This document shows positions 10,415 to 20,405 of a DNA stretch of 64,000 nt, in pieces. Source of the DNA: an uncultured Planctomycetaceae bacterium (lineage in GTDB: Bacteria; Planctomycetota; Planctomycetia; Planctomycetales; Planctomycetaceae); the NCBI GenBank assembly GCA_963976765.1, contig CAXBME010000024.1, forward strand, positions 62,001 to 126,000, written 5' to 3'. The notes under the pieces are model-generated. The model was given only the letters and a program-made list of their open reading frames with translations. It was not told the DNA's origin and ran no database searches. The translations under genes were made by a program, and so were the position numbers. Position 1 is the first letter of the stretch, and each line of letters opens with the position of its first letter.

Positions 10415-11011
10415 TTATGAGACGGCGAAACTGTTGAGGTAAGGCAGTTTCGAAGCCGTGGTAGCAATGTCGTCTTTACGTGCCAGCAACTGAGCGAGGG
10501 CATCGAACTGACCACTCGTCAGAGCCGATCGAGCACTGTCCGGCATTGTGACCGAAACCGTTTCGTTGCCAAAACTCAGAGTCAAGGCGTTGAGATCCAG
10601 CGAGAACTCAAGAGTCGGATCCGCATCAATGGCGGTGGCCAGCTTTCTAAGATCGCCCCGTGATGCACACACAGCGGGAATCCCCAGCGAGGTGCAGTTG
10701 CCGAAGAAGATTTCGGCGAATGATTCGGCGACGATAGCTTTCACCCCCCACCGCATCAGCGACTGCGGAGCGTGCTCACGCGAAGAGCCACAGCCAAAGT
10801 TACGACCGCTGACCAGAATGCTGCCGTTCTGAAAACGCTCCTGATTGAACGGGTGCTTCGGATCCTGCTCCCGGTCATCCTCGAAAGCGTGCTCGCCAAT
10901 CCCGTCGAACGTCACGCAACGCAGAAAGCGAGCGGGGATGATCCGGTCCGTATCGATATCGTCAAGAAGCAGCGGGATGCCTGTGCCGGAAACTGTTTCA
11001 ATATTCTGCAT
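10415..11011 (-). CDS. leuD: 3-isopropylmalate dehydratase small subunit
   Basis: [37 protein letters not shown] 11011. Confidence 0.96.
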   Translation of the reverse strand: MQNIETVSGTGIPLLLDDIDTDRIIPARFLRCVTFDGIGEHAFEDDREQDPKHPFNQERFQNGSILVSGRNFGCGSSREHAPQSLMRWGVKAIVAESFAEIFFGNCTSLGIPAVCASRGDLRKLATAIDADPTLEFSLDLNALTLSFGNETVSVTMPDSARSALTSGQFDALAQLLARKDDIATTASKLPYLNSFAVS

Positions 11012-11027
11012 GATTATTTCCTCTGTC

Positions 11028-11109
11028 GGGTGCATCTTGATGCACCTGATATTTGAATTTTGTTCTTGTAGCCGGGATGTTTTCACGAGCGGTGCGTCAA
11101 GACGCCCCC
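11028..11109. repeat. REP-like inverted pair between leuC and leuD
   Basis: gggtgcatcttgatgcacc (11028-11046) and ggtgcgtcaagacgccccc (11091-11109). Confidence 0.55.
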
Positions 11110-11115
11110 GCGGAC

Positions 11116-12537
11116 TCAGGCCATTGCTGGTTCGAGCATTTTTCGAACGTCAGTAACGCAGCCATTGATGGCGGCGGCGGCTACCATGGCAGGACTCATC
11201 AGCAGGGTTCGTCCGGTAGGGCTGCCCTGTCGACCTTTGAAGTTTCGGTTGCTCGATGAGGCACAAACTTCTCGCCCTTGCAGCTTGTCCGGGTTCATGG
11301 CCAGGCACATCGAGCAGCCGGCCGCACGCCACTGAAAGCCGGCCTCGATAAAGATCCTGTCGAGCCCTTCTTTTTCGGCCTGTTTGGCGACGATCTGCGA
11401 GCCGGGGACAATCAGCGCTTTGACGCCGTCCGCCACTTTGTTGCCTTTGGCGATCGCAGCCGCTTCGCGCAGGTCGGAGATTCGTCCGTTCGTGCAGGAA
11501 CCAACGAACGCGACATCGATCTTGGTGCCTTCGATCGACTGGCCTTCTTCCAGACTCATGTATTCCAAAGCTTCGCCGATCAGCGTTCGTTCGCTTTCGT
11601 CGTAACTGGCCAGCGACGGAATCGCCTGCGAAACGCCCAGCGACTGTGCCGGTGTGATGCCCCAGGTCACGGTCGGCTCGATGTCGGCGGCATCAAAGAC
11701 GACCACATCGTCAAATTCCGCATCCGGGCCGGAAGCAAGACTCAGCCACCACTCGGCAGCCCGCTCAAACTCTTCCCCCTGCGGGCAAAGCGGACGACCT
11801 TTGAGATAGTCGATCGTTGTCTGATCCGGATTGATGTATCCGCAGCGGGCTCCGCCTTCGATCGACATGTTGCAGACGGTCATTCGCTCTTCCATCGACA
11901 TCGCGTCGAAGGTCGTGCCGGCGTATTCGTAGGCGTAACCAACTCCGCCCTGCACGCCGAGTTTCTGGATGATGTACAGCGTGACGTCTTTGGCGAAGAC
12001 TCCCGGAGCCAGCTTGCCGTTCACTTCAACCCGGCGAACCTTCGGACGCATCATGGTCAGCGTCTGAGTTGCCAGTACGTAGGCCACCTGACTGGTTCCA
12101 ATGCCGAAGGCGATCGCGCCGAACGCTCCGTGCGTGCTGGTGTGGCTGTCGCCGCAGGCCATCGTCAGGCCGGGCTGAGTGAGGCCCTGTTCCGGACCAA
12201 CCACGTGGACAATGCCCTGGCGGTTGTCGTCCAGGTCGAGCAGCTCAACGCCGAACTCCTTACAGTTTTTTTCGATCGCCGACATCATGTCTTCAGCGAG
12301 CAGATCGACAAACGGTCGAGCCTGGTTCTGCGTCGGAATAATGTGGTCGACAGTGGCCAGAGTCCGCTCGGGGTGCAGGACGGTCAGATTTCGCTCGCGC
12401 AGCATCTCGAACGCCTGCGGGCTGGTGACTTCGTGGATCAGGTGCTGCCCGATGAACAGTTGCGTCTCACCCGACGCCAACGTGCCCACGGAATGCAGAT
12501 CCCACACTTTGTTGAACAGATTCTGTTTGTCGCTCAT
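11116..12537 (-). CDS. leuC: 3-isopropylmalate dehydratase large subunit
   Basis: [65 protein letters not shown]. Confidence 0.97.
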   Translation of the reverse strand: MSDKQNLFNKVWDLHSVGTLASGETQLFIGQHLIHEVTSPQAFEMLRERNLTVLHPERTLATVDHIIPTQNQARPFVDLLAEDMMSAIEKNCKEFGVELLDLDDNRQGIVHVVGPEQGLTQPGLTMACGDSHTSTHGAFGAIAFGIGTSQVAYVLATQTLTMMRPKVRRVEVNGKLAPGVFAKDVTLYIIQKLGVQGGVGYAYEYAGTTFDAMSMEERMTVCNMSIEGGARCGYINPDQTTIDYLKGRPLCPQGEEFERAAEWWLSLASGPDAEFDDVVVFDAADIEPTVTWGITPAQSLGVSQAIPSLASYDESERTLIGEALEYMSLEEGQSIEGTKIDVAFVGSCTNGRISDLREAAAIAKGNKVADGVKALIVPGSQIVAKQAEKEGLDRIFIEAGFQWRAAGCSMCLAMNPDKLQGREVCASSSNRNFKGRQGSPTGRTLLMSPAMVAAAAINGCVTDVRKMLEPAMA

Positions 12538-12782
12538 CAATATTTACTCGAGTCTGGTCGCCAGTTCGGCGACGGTTGAAGGAAACGGTGACGGCTTCGG
12601 TCGGTCGGGAGACACATTCAGTAAGGAACCCGTTCGACTGGTGGAGCCCATCCGTTCTGTGAACCCCATCCGTTCTGTAAACAACGTGCGGCGATTCCTG
12701 TCGCTCTGCACGGGGGAGTCGAGCGTCCCGAAAGCGCGTCCTCTTCGTCGGGCTGAAGTCCCGTCAGGCACCGACGCGGCCC

Positions 12783-12811
12783 ATTGTGCCGAATTTTCTG
12801 CCGCACGTCAC
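12783..12811 (-). promoter_or_regulatory. Putative sigma70-type promoter upstream of leuC
   Basis: Minus strand GTGACG-17 nt-CACAAT; overlaps the first copy of the 29-bp direct repeat. Confidence 0.35.
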
Positions 12812-12816
12812 CTCAG
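12788..12816. repeat. 29-bp direct repeat, copy 1
   Basis: gccgaattttctgccgcacgtcacctcag; 28/29 identical to 16962-16990. Confidence 0.85.
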
Positions 12817-12955
12817 CTGAGTGCCTGTCCGGATTACCATGGTACAGGCTGCTGTGCGGAATGCCGCCAACGCAGAGTTCCACAAGAGTTCCGGCAGTCA
12901 CCGATTCCACACCGGCGGCCTTCGCCGACTCAGTTTCTGGAATTCGCTCCGAAGT

Positions 12956-15900
12956 TCACGCGGCACGCTTTTCTTTGGCCGCGTCGCCGAAGGGTAGAAA
13001 CTGTTCCAGTCCATTGACGGATCGGATGTTGAGATCCCGCTGCGGAAACGCAATTTCGATTCCGACTTTGCCGAATTCCCGTTCAATCGTTGTGTTTAGT
13101 TCGTGGACCACCGCGACGTACGACGAACGGCTGGCGATGAAAATCCGCAATTCGAAATCCAACGTGCTGTCACCAAAACCGGTCATCAATGCTCCGGGAG
13201 CGGGTTCATCGAGGACAAGCGGGTGGCTGGTTGCAATGTCCATCAGAAGCCCGTGAACCTGAGTCGTGTCCGAACCGTACGCGACGCCCACCTTGAAAAC
13301 GACCCGCGTAATGGGATCGGAAAGTGTCCAGTTGATGAACTCGTTCGTGATGAATTTCTTGTTCGGAACGACAAGTTCCCGACGATCCGGATCGGTAATC
13401 GTGGTCGCTCGAATTCGCATTCTGGAAACCGTTCCGGTGGTTCCACCAACCGTCACGAGGTCTCCTACACGGACCGGGCGTTCGAAGAGAAGGATCAGTC
13501 CGGAAACGAGGTTGCCGAATATTTCCTGCAACCCGAACCCCAACCCGACCGTCATGGCTGCGACCAGCCATTGGATACTTCCCCAGGTGACTCCAATGGT
13601 CGACAGAGCCCACATCCAGCCGACCGTTGTAACGGCGTATCGAGAGAGCGTGGTTGCCGCGTATCGCCCGCCTGAGTCGAGCGGCAGTTTCTGGAACAGG
13701 AGTGCTTCCAGCAGCCCCGGCAGATTTCGAGCGGCGATACAGGTAACGACAATCAGACCAATGCAGAGTATGGCGTGTCGTAATGTCACCGGACGGCGTT
13801 CCTCACTATCGACCAGCGACGTAACACCCTCTGGCGTCGTCACCGTTTTCTGAACTACCACCGTCGACGATCCAAACTCGACCCGGTCGAGAATTCCCAA
13901 CGCTGGAAGCACGCTGCTCCAGATCGACCAGCAGCCAAGCAGGAGCACAACAGTTGCGGTCATATTGACGAGCCGACCGAGCTGCCGACGGATCAGTTCC
14001 GCGTGAGATTCTTCGTTGTCCGTTGTGGTTGGTGTGTTCAGCGGAGTGAGTGTGACGTTTGCCGGAGTCCTGGATGGAGCTGATGATTGTCCGGCGATCT
14101 CCAGGGCGGCGGCTTCGTGGGACACAGCGGCGTCTGACACGGCTTCTACCGCTGCGGGTTCTTCCGAGTTGGCAGCGGCACCGGATGCCAGTTCATGAGC
14201 CTTCCGTCGATGCAGTCGCCGTTCCAGCCCTTCGGCAATAACAGCCAGCCAGCGACGTCCCAGCGACACACAGATGGCGATCGCCGTTCCGAGCCACAAA
14301 GTCTGCATCATACGTTCGGCAAGATGCTCGGCGGTGAAGAAGTAGCCCGCCGCGGCCAGGCATCCCAGCGCGATCGGGCATAGCAGGCCGAATCCGTACG
14401 TCAGACGCGGCAGTTTCTGGCTTCGGTTCTTCGGCTGACGGTCATCTGAAATACCGAAGACGCCGTTTCGAGGATGCAGCATGTGGTGAGCGATCCACGC
14501 GAGCAACAACATGCCGCCGATGAACAGTGTTCGACCAAGCGAGTCGATCCAGACTTTGTCCCGGTGTGTTTCCAGAAACTTCACGCCGAACGCCAGCGGG
14601 CATCCCAGCAGAACAGCAGAATTGATCGACCGACGAATCACTCGTGTGACGCGTGGTTGCCACCCGAAAATAACTTCGCCAACACCCTGGTCCCGGCACA
14701 ACTGACGAATGACAGCAGCCGTCAGCAAAAGCACGGCGACGCTTCCCAACGCACTCGCAAACTCGGTTGACCACTCGGTGGGACTCTCCAGTCGGTCCAG
14801 CCGCCACGCAGCAAGAGCGACCAGAAGCGGCCAGACTGACGCGGCCAGAAGAGTGCAGCCGACAGCTCGTAAAGCGGTTTGCAGTGATTCCTGTGCCGAC
14901 GAAAGTTCCGCGAGCTGCGTCAGCTGTTTTCGGATTTTCCGACCATAAACAAGAACGGCAACAAACAGCAGGAGCAACAAAGTTGCTTCGTAGGGACGAC
15001 GTTCAGCCGTTGCGACGAATTGGCTGCCAAGATTCACCAACTGTTCCGGCGACAGCAGATAGGCGACCGCACTGGTCGCACCGGCAAGTTCCTGCGAGCT
15101 GGTCAGTGGAGCCGCACTACGAATCCACAAAACGTGTTCGCCGATGAACGCTGCAAACGTTTCGCGGGAATCAAGCAGTCGGCCAGCAGCGAAGTTGTAG
15201 TTACTCAGTCCGGCCAGATGGCTTTCGTAATCTTTGATGAGCGTTTGCAGATATTCACGGCGGTCTGAGCGAATGGCGGTCACGCTTTCCTGAAGCACGA
15301 CGTGTTGACCAGCCGGAGTCGTCGCGCGGAGTTCATCAGAAATTTTCGCCAGGTTCTCTTCGAACAGCGGCAGCGCATCACGTTCGTCCTTCAGCAACAA
15401 CAGCTTCAACTGGATTTCAGACATCGCGGATTCTGATTCACGCTGCTGTTGCCTCAACGATTGAGGATCAGGCAATTGCGACCGGTAGCTTCGCATCAGG
15501 TATCCCAGAGCGGTCGTTTCGCCAGCTGCTTCGTACTTTGCCTTCACGTCTTCAAAAGCCGCCTGTGTTTCGTCGAGCATACCGTCGACGGAAACCTGCA
15601 GCGTGGCGTACTTCTGGAGTTGCCTGGTAAGACTGGTCCGTTCCTCGGCCAGCGCCGCATTGCGTTCTGCAGCTTTCAACAGTGCAGGATGTGCGGAAGC
15701 AAGCATGTCGCGCGCTTTACGAGCTTCACGGTCCGCTTCTGACTGGCGATAGGTACTCACCGCTTCGCGCCAGGCATTGACCGTTTTTTCGGCCGTTTTT
15801 TCGCGTTTTTCGGCCAGCTCACGTCGCAGCGACACAAGTTCCGAGTTGGCAGTCAGCAACTGCAATTCGGCATTCAGCGATTCGAGTCTTGCCCCGAGCA

Positions 15901-16819
15901 TCTTCTTACGGGCTTGCTGACGAATATCGGCTGCTTCGCCGGGCGGAACTCCATTTCCGCCCTCAACACCCTGGTTCTCGGTACCCGTGGCTGCGAATTC
16001 CTGCCTGGTCTGATCAATCAGGCCAGGCAGTGTGCGAAGCCGGCGTTCGCTTTCCGTCACCGCCTGCACGGCGAGCTGTCGCTCGTTTTGAATTTCCTCC
16101 AGCCGGGATTCGTACTCAGCGAGAAGTTGCTCGACCTCTGGTACCGGTGTGTTGGCCGTAATTGACGGTTTTGCCGAATCAGGGACATTCTCAATCGCGA
16201 TTTTCAGATCGGCAATGCTGGACGGAAGCGCTTCGAGTTCCTGCCGAAACTGAGCCGCTTTCGGCGCGAACTGGCTGGCCGCTGTTAATGCTTCCAGCGC
16301 TTCACCGTAGGCTTTCAGTTGAGCGGCGCGTGTCTCCTCATCCAGAGCCGGTGTCTGAGCCGTTTGTTCCATTCGACTCTTGATTGCCGCAGGATCCAGC
16401 ATTCCCTGATCCGGAGTGCTGATGGCAACCGCTTTCGAAACTGTCTGGCGCTGTCCTTCGACGGGTGCCGGGTCCAGTAGCGCAGGCAATGAATCAGCCA
16501 ATGGCTCCGTCGCCGGCATTCCCGGTTTTTCAACAGGAGGTTTCTGCGTGTTGCCAACCCACTGGCCGACGGCCCATTGTGGCTGATTCGTTACCGTCTG
16601 TGGTTGAGGGCGGCTGGAGTACCGAAGAATCGTCACTCCTTTTTCTGATTCCGACCTGGCCGCCGGAGCTTTATCGCTCTGGGTTGTCGTCCCTTCCTCG
16701 GTCGATGCCCTTTGACTTTCGTTTCTCAACGGAAAAGAGTCTGAAGGCGGTGTCTGAGCATGAGATTCAGACGAGTCGAGTATCAGACAAACGATGCAGA
16801 GAATGAGCGTCCGTGCCAT
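12956..16819 (-). CDS. Large MscS-family mechanosensitive channel (MscK/KefA-like)
   Basis: Signal peptide, long coiled-coil periplasmic region, many TM helices, C-terminal MscS core GLGFGLQEIFGNLVSGLILLFERPVRVGD, VPNKKF, GVAYGSD, IEIAFPQRD. Confidence 0.92.
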   Translation of the reverse strand: MARTLILCIVCLILDSSESHAQTPPSDSFPLRNESQRASTEEGTTTQSDKAPAARSESEKGVTILRYSSRPQPQTVTNQPQWAVGQWVGNTQKPPVEKPGMPATEPLADSLPALLDPAPVEGQRQTVSKAVAISTPDQGMLDPAAIKSRMEQTAQTPALDEETRAAQLKAYGEALEALTAASQFAPKAAQFRQELEALPSSIADLKIAIENVPDSAKPSITANTPVPEVEQLLAEYESRLEEIQNERQLAVQAVTESERRLRTLPGLIDQTRQEFAATGTENQGVEGGNGVPPGEAADIRQQARKKMLGARLESLNAELQLLTANSELVSLRRELAEKREKTAEKTVNAWREAVSTYRQSEADREARKARDMLASAHPALLKAAERNAALAEERTSLTRQLQKYATLQVSVDGMLDETQAAFEDVKAKYEAAGETTALGYLMRSYRSQLPDPQSLRQQQRESESAMSEIQLKLLLLKDERDALPLFEENLAKISDELRATTPAGQHVVLQESVTAIRSDRREYLQTLIKDYESHLAGLSNYNFAAGRLLDSRETFAAFIGEHVLWIRSAAPLTSSQELAGATSAVAYLLSPEQLVNLGSQFVATAERRPYEATLLLLLFVAVLVYGRKIRKQLTQLAELSSAQESLQTALRAVGCTLLAASVWPLLVALAAWRLDRLESPTEWSTEFASALGSVAVLLLTAAVIRQLCRDQGVGEVIFGWQPRVTRVIRRSINSAVLLGCPLAFGVKFLETHRDKVWIDSLGRTLFIGGMLLLAWIAHHMLHPRNGVFGISDDRQPKNRSQKLPRLTYGFGLLCPIALGCLAAAGYFFTAEHLAERMMQTLWLGTAIAICVSLGRRWLAVIAEGLERRLHRRKAHELASGAAANSEEPAAVEAVSDAAVSHEAAALEIAGQSSAPSRTPANVTLTPLNTPTTTDNEESHAELIRRQLGRLVNMTATVVLLLGCWSIWSSVLPALGILDRVEFGSSTVVVQKTVTTPEGVTSLVDSEERRPVTLRHAILCIGLIVVTCIAARNLPGLLEALLFQKLPLDSGGRYAATTLSRYAVTTVGWMWALSTIGVTWGSIQWLVAAMTVGLGFGLQEIFGNLVSGLILLFERPVRVGDLVTVGGTTGTVSRMRIRATTITDPDRRELVVPNKKFITNEFINWTLSDPITRVVFKVGVAYGSDTTQVHGLLMDIATSHPLVLDEPAPGALMTGFGDSTLDFELRIFIASRSSYVAVVHELNTTIEREFGKVGIEIAFPQRDLNIRSVNGLEQFLPFGDAAKEKRAA

Positions 16820-16961
16820 TCTGCCCTTCCTGGGTACATGACGATTAACAAAACAAGCAGCCTGCACAGGAATGGCAGCGCAATCGGCGAACGATAGGCC
16901 GGAATCCGAAATCGCCTCAATAGGAGTCCGCCTGCAAGCTCCGCGGTTCTTGTCGCCGCTG

Positions 16962-16990
16962 GCCGAATTTTCCGCCGCACGTCACCTCAG
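16962..16990. repeat. 29-bp direct repeat, copy 2
   Basis: gccgaattttccgccgcacgtcacctcag; 28/29 identical to 12788-12816. Confidence 0.85.
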
Positions 16991-17039
16991 GTGACCGAGT
17001 TCGTACTGCTGGTCGCACTCTGCGGACACTCACAAACTT

Positions 17040-17306
17040 TTAGCGGCGGAGCTGGGCGACAGAGACGTCTTCATCAACGACTTCGGCACACAGGCCGATG
17101 CCTTTGAGTTTCGCGGCGATCTGCAGCACTTTCCGTTGGGCGGCGGCGATTTTCTGAGCACGAGCGGCTTCGTCCAGATTTTCGCACTGCTGCTTTGCCG
17201 ACGCGATCGGCTCGCTCGAAGCGATGTTCGAGAGTAGATCGATCCGTGAATCACACTTTGGGCATTCCGTATGCGTGGTTTCGTCGAACGATTCAAGCGT
17301 CGTCAA
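17040..17306 (-). CDS. Small hypothetical protein or gene remnant with CxxC
   Basis: 88-aa ORF with TECPKC; weak TTG start and no clear RBS. Confidence 0.25.
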   Translation of the reverse strand: MTTLESFDETTHTECPKCDSRIDLLSNIASSEPIASAKQQCENLDEAARAQKIAAAQRKVLQIAAKLKGIGLCAEVVDEDVSVAQLRR

Positions 17307-17369
17307 CGAGCAGGACTCAACTCGCGAATTCTCGCTAACTAACCATCGATGCAGTGCAGCCTCGCCAGC

Positions 17370-19286
17370 CTACGTTGCTGACTTGATAATCGCGTTGCAC
17401 AGCTCTTCAAGGGTGGAAGAACGCTTTCCAGCTTCGAACGCCAATGCCAGCCATTCAGCAATGAACATCGAATTCTTATTCAAAGACTTCGCCTGACCGC
17501 ATTCTCGTCTCGCGGCTTCGTGATATTGCAAGAGCGCCGCAGAATCAAAATCTGCTTCGACCATCGCTCCCATATTTTTGGGCCAAGCCGCGCAGCGGTC
17601 GTTGAGTTGGCGATTCTCAGGAAATGCATCCTCAACATCCATGTCAACGAGACTGAAAAGCGTCTTGTTGTCTGGCTCATGCTTGGGCAGGTCAGGCTCT
17701 TTTGCGTCACCGTCGCAATCGAAGACGAGGAAAAAAGGAATCTCCATACAACGTGCGATTGCAACTGGGTGGATCAAGTGGTTTTTGCCATTCGCTGGGA
17801 CCAAATGACATCCCAGAGAATGAAATCGATCCCAATATCCATAGAGGTGCAACGCTGCCGTGATAAATGCTACGTCTTCCAATCCTTCAACAAATACAGG
17901 ATGCCGGCAAAAGAACATCTCATTTAAATGCGGCTGGAGACTCTGGCTAATTTTCGCTCGCATTCCTGCCGGATTTGGACGCTCTTTGTGATGCGAGTGT
18001 CCATCCAAGTAAGCTTTTAGGTCCACATTTGAAGTTTGCTTCGATATCGAGCACTTGTCGGTAGTTGACCGCCGTATGAGGCGTACTGCCTCAAAGTCTT
18101 TGCCAGTTACGAAATACGGACTGTGTGTAGTCACGATGACTTGTGTGTTGGCTTCGGCAAGTGAGAGAAAGACATCTGCCAGACGCCTCGCTTGTGGCGG
18201 GTGTTGGTACAACTCTGGTTCTTCGCACGCGAGGATTAGCGTAGGGGCATTATCAGTTTCAAGACTTGCCAACTCCGTTAGCAGTGCCAACAAGTATGAT
18301 CGCTGAAGTCCGTGCCCCATTCTTGAAAGAGAACCAGTAAAATCCCCTTCACCAGTGGAGACACCGGCCATTGGCTCGATAACTTGGACCGACTTACTTG
18401 GATCAGCCATCCATTTGAGATCAAGGTTCGTATCAGAATGAGACCATTCCGCGAGTCGGATTCGTAGTTTGTCACTTACTTCTGCAAGCACATCTTGATT
18501 CTCATCTACCAGCGATTGGAACTTGGAAAACGTTTCATTTCGGAGTTCCTCAATCTTTGTGCCAAAGTCCGTTTTGGCACGAACAGTTCTTGCAAGAAGT
18601 TGTCCCAAGGCGCTCTTTTTCGATTCCTCCCCTTCTTCTTGAGCATCTTTTACAGCGGGCACATAAACCCAATGAACAAAATTGTTTAGCTTTCCCGAAT
18701 TCGCACCATAAAACTCGTCACTGCTCTGGATCGGTTCACAATCGGTAGGATGTTCCGCCTCGTAGCTTCGTAGGGCTTCCGCCATCGCGGCGCCTGTCGT
18801 TGCGGCAGGGATGTCCGGATACTCGCTCCGAAGTTGAGTAAAGATTGGCTTGAGTTCAGTGACCTTGGCACCAGCGGAGACTTTGGAGAAATACGAATCG
18901 GCAAATGCTTTGATACCGAGCCGCTGACCATGTTGTTTGATAGGTGCGGCTTGAGTCTTTTCGTCCCACGTCGCTTCAGCGGAAACAATCAGCTTGTCTT
19001 GCCGGACATAATCGCCCAGCGCCGCCTTTGCGTTTGAATTCAGGTCCGAGAATGTCAAAGTAATTCGGATCGGGTCTGCAAGATTGCGATTGTGAAAGTC
19101 TTCAACCTCAAGCAATCGGACATTTGGTGTCGCACTCGTCGTGTTCTGAAAGAAAATATTCAATGCTGACAATACTGTTGATTTCCCTGCGCCATTCGGC
19201 CCGACGAGGCACGAATAATTGTTGATGGGGACAGTTTCATCGTTGAATGATCGGTAGTTCTCAATTCGGATGGACTGAAGTTTCAC
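17370..19286 (-). CDS. OLD-family ATP-dependent endonuclease (ABC ATPase + TOPRIM)
   Basis: KLQSIRIENYRS, Walker A GPNGAGKS, GHGLQR signature, Walker B ACEEPELYQHP, H-loop TTHSP, TOPRIM FFCRHPVFVEGLED and FDCD; GTG 19286. Confidence 0.88.
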   Translation of the reverse strand: MKLQSIRIENYRSFNDETVPINNYSCLVGPNGAGKSTVLSALNIFFQNTTSATPNVRLLEVEDFHNRNLADPIRITLTFSDLNSNAKAALGDYVRQDKLIVSAEATWDEKTQAAPIKQHGQRLGIKAFADSYFSKVSAGAKVTELKPIFTQLRSEYPDIPAATTGAAMAEALRSYEAEHPTDCEPIQSSDEFYGANSGKLNNFVHWVYVPAVKDAQEEGEESKKSALGQLLARTVRAKTDFGTKIEELRNETFSKFQSLVDENQDVLAEVSDKLRIRLAEWSHSDTNLDLKWMADPSKSVQVIEPMAGVSTGEGDFTGSLSRMGHGLQRSYLLALLTELASLETDNAPTLILACEEPELYQHPPQARRLADVFLSLAEANTQVIVTTHSPYFVTGKDFEAVRLIRRSTTDKCSISKQTSNVDLKAYLDGHSHHKERPNPAGMRAKISQSLQPHLNEMFFCRHPVFVEGLEDVAFITAALHLYGYWDRFHSLGCHLVPANGKNHLIHPVAIARCMEIPFFLVFDCDGDAKEPDLPKHEPDNKTLFSLVDMDVEDAFPENRQLNDRCAAWPKNMGAMVEADFDSAALLQYHEAARRECGQAKSLNKNSMFIAEWLALAFEAGKRSSTLEELCNAIIKSAT

Positions 19287-19393
19287 AAAAGTAGTCCTGT
19301 TTATGGTCATCGATGTGTATTTACATCCGCGCAAAGAATACAGGCGAATACAAGCAATGCAAGGCTCTATTCACGTACCCCTTTCCTTAAGAT

Positions 19394-20077
19394 TTGAGTA
19401 ACCAGATCGAGTTTCCCACCGACGACCGCAGAATCCTGGCAGACCAGGCAGCCGATCTGCAGATGACGCGCGAATCGCTCAGTAAATCGCTGAGCCGCAT
19501 CCGCGAGGCGGCTCACTCATTGAACGGGGTACTCACCGCACCCTCTTCAGGAACGCGACCGCCGGTGACGTTTAACGTGGACGACTTTCTCAGCATCCGA
19601 CCGCTGGTTGATGAGTCCGGCGAAGTCGTGCTGGAGATCGGCCTGCCGGCGACACTGAACGCTCCCCTGTCCCGGAAGGCTCCGGAGCGGACGCTGCTGT
19701 CGGACCTCGTCTTTCAAACACTGCTGCCGATCAGCCTGTCGTACGTGCTGGACGATCGTCGCGAGGTCTCGCCGGATGATGATCTGCTCGCACTGCGCCG
19801 AGCGGCCGCCGCACTGCGGGATGATCTGGCGGACGTTCCGCGCTTCGAGCTGGTGTTGTGCCAGGCGTTGCACTTACTGATCCGCGTGCTGGTCGATCAG
19901 CAGCAATCCGACAGCGTGGACGATCTGCTGACCGAACTGCGCACGCGTCTGAAATCGCCAGTGGTCAGCACCTCGCCGCGAGCCGTCGAGCTGCACGCCG
20001 CTCTGCACAACATCGAAGCCGCGCTGGCCGATCAGCAATCAGCAAGCCGAAAGTTTGCGGATCAGGCAGACCGTTGA
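19394..20077 (+). CDS. Hypothetical protein
   Basis: 227-aa ORF with host-like GC-rich codons filling the gap; no recognised domain. Confidence 0.6.
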   Translation: MSNQIEFPTDDRRILADQAADLQMTRESLSKSLSRIREAAHSLNGVLTAPSSGTRPPVTFNVDDFLSIRPLVDESGEVVLEIGLPATLNAPLSRKAPERTLLSDLVFQTLLPISLSYVLDDRREVSPDDDLLALRRAAAALRDDLADVPRFELVLCQALHLLIRVLVDQQQSDSVDDLLTELRTRLKSPVVSTSPRAVELHAALHNIEAALADQQSASRKFADQADR

Positions 20078-20176
20078 TTCGTCCGGATCGGCAGGTTGCA
20101 GGCGTCTGACAGGTGTGCAGACGGAAGAGGTTTCCGCTTTGCCTTGAGAGCCTCGGATCCTGGAAGGATCGATCCG

Positions 20177-20344
20177 ATGGAAAGTTTGCTCTGGATACTG
20201 CTGACGCTGGTTGTGCTGTTGATTGCTCTGCTGCTGCTCGGGCTGTTCGTGCCTCGGCAGAAGCTCGTCGAGCTGACGCAGATTCTGCGAGCACTGGCCG
20301 AAGTGCTGCGATCATTGCGGCACCGGGACGAAGCGAAGTCGTGA
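20177..20344 (+). CDS. Small single-TM membrane protein (55 aa)
   Basis: GGAAGG RBS before ATG 20177; MESLLWILLTLVVLLIALLLLGLFVP hydrophobic helix followed by an amphipathic tail. Confidence 0.6.
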   Translation: MESLLWILLTLVVLLIALLLLGLFVPRQKLVELTQILRALAEVLRSLRHRDEAKS

Positions 20345-20405
20345 CTGCTTCGGCTGAAGAATGCGGAACACCCTGCACCAGGACGCCCATGAACAACACG
20401 TTTCA

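Noticed and set aside
11278..12579. 433-aa plus-strand ORF
   Set aside because: Antisense shadow of leuC, common in high-GC genes.
12541..12780. Leucine attenuator upstream of leuC
   Set aside because: No Leu-rich leader peptide or terminator/antiterminator pair; only a short cccatccgttctgt duplication of unclear meaning.
17370..19286. Complete Gabija or retron system
   Set aside because: No UvrD-like GajB, reverse transcriptase or msr-msd region next to the OLD gene.
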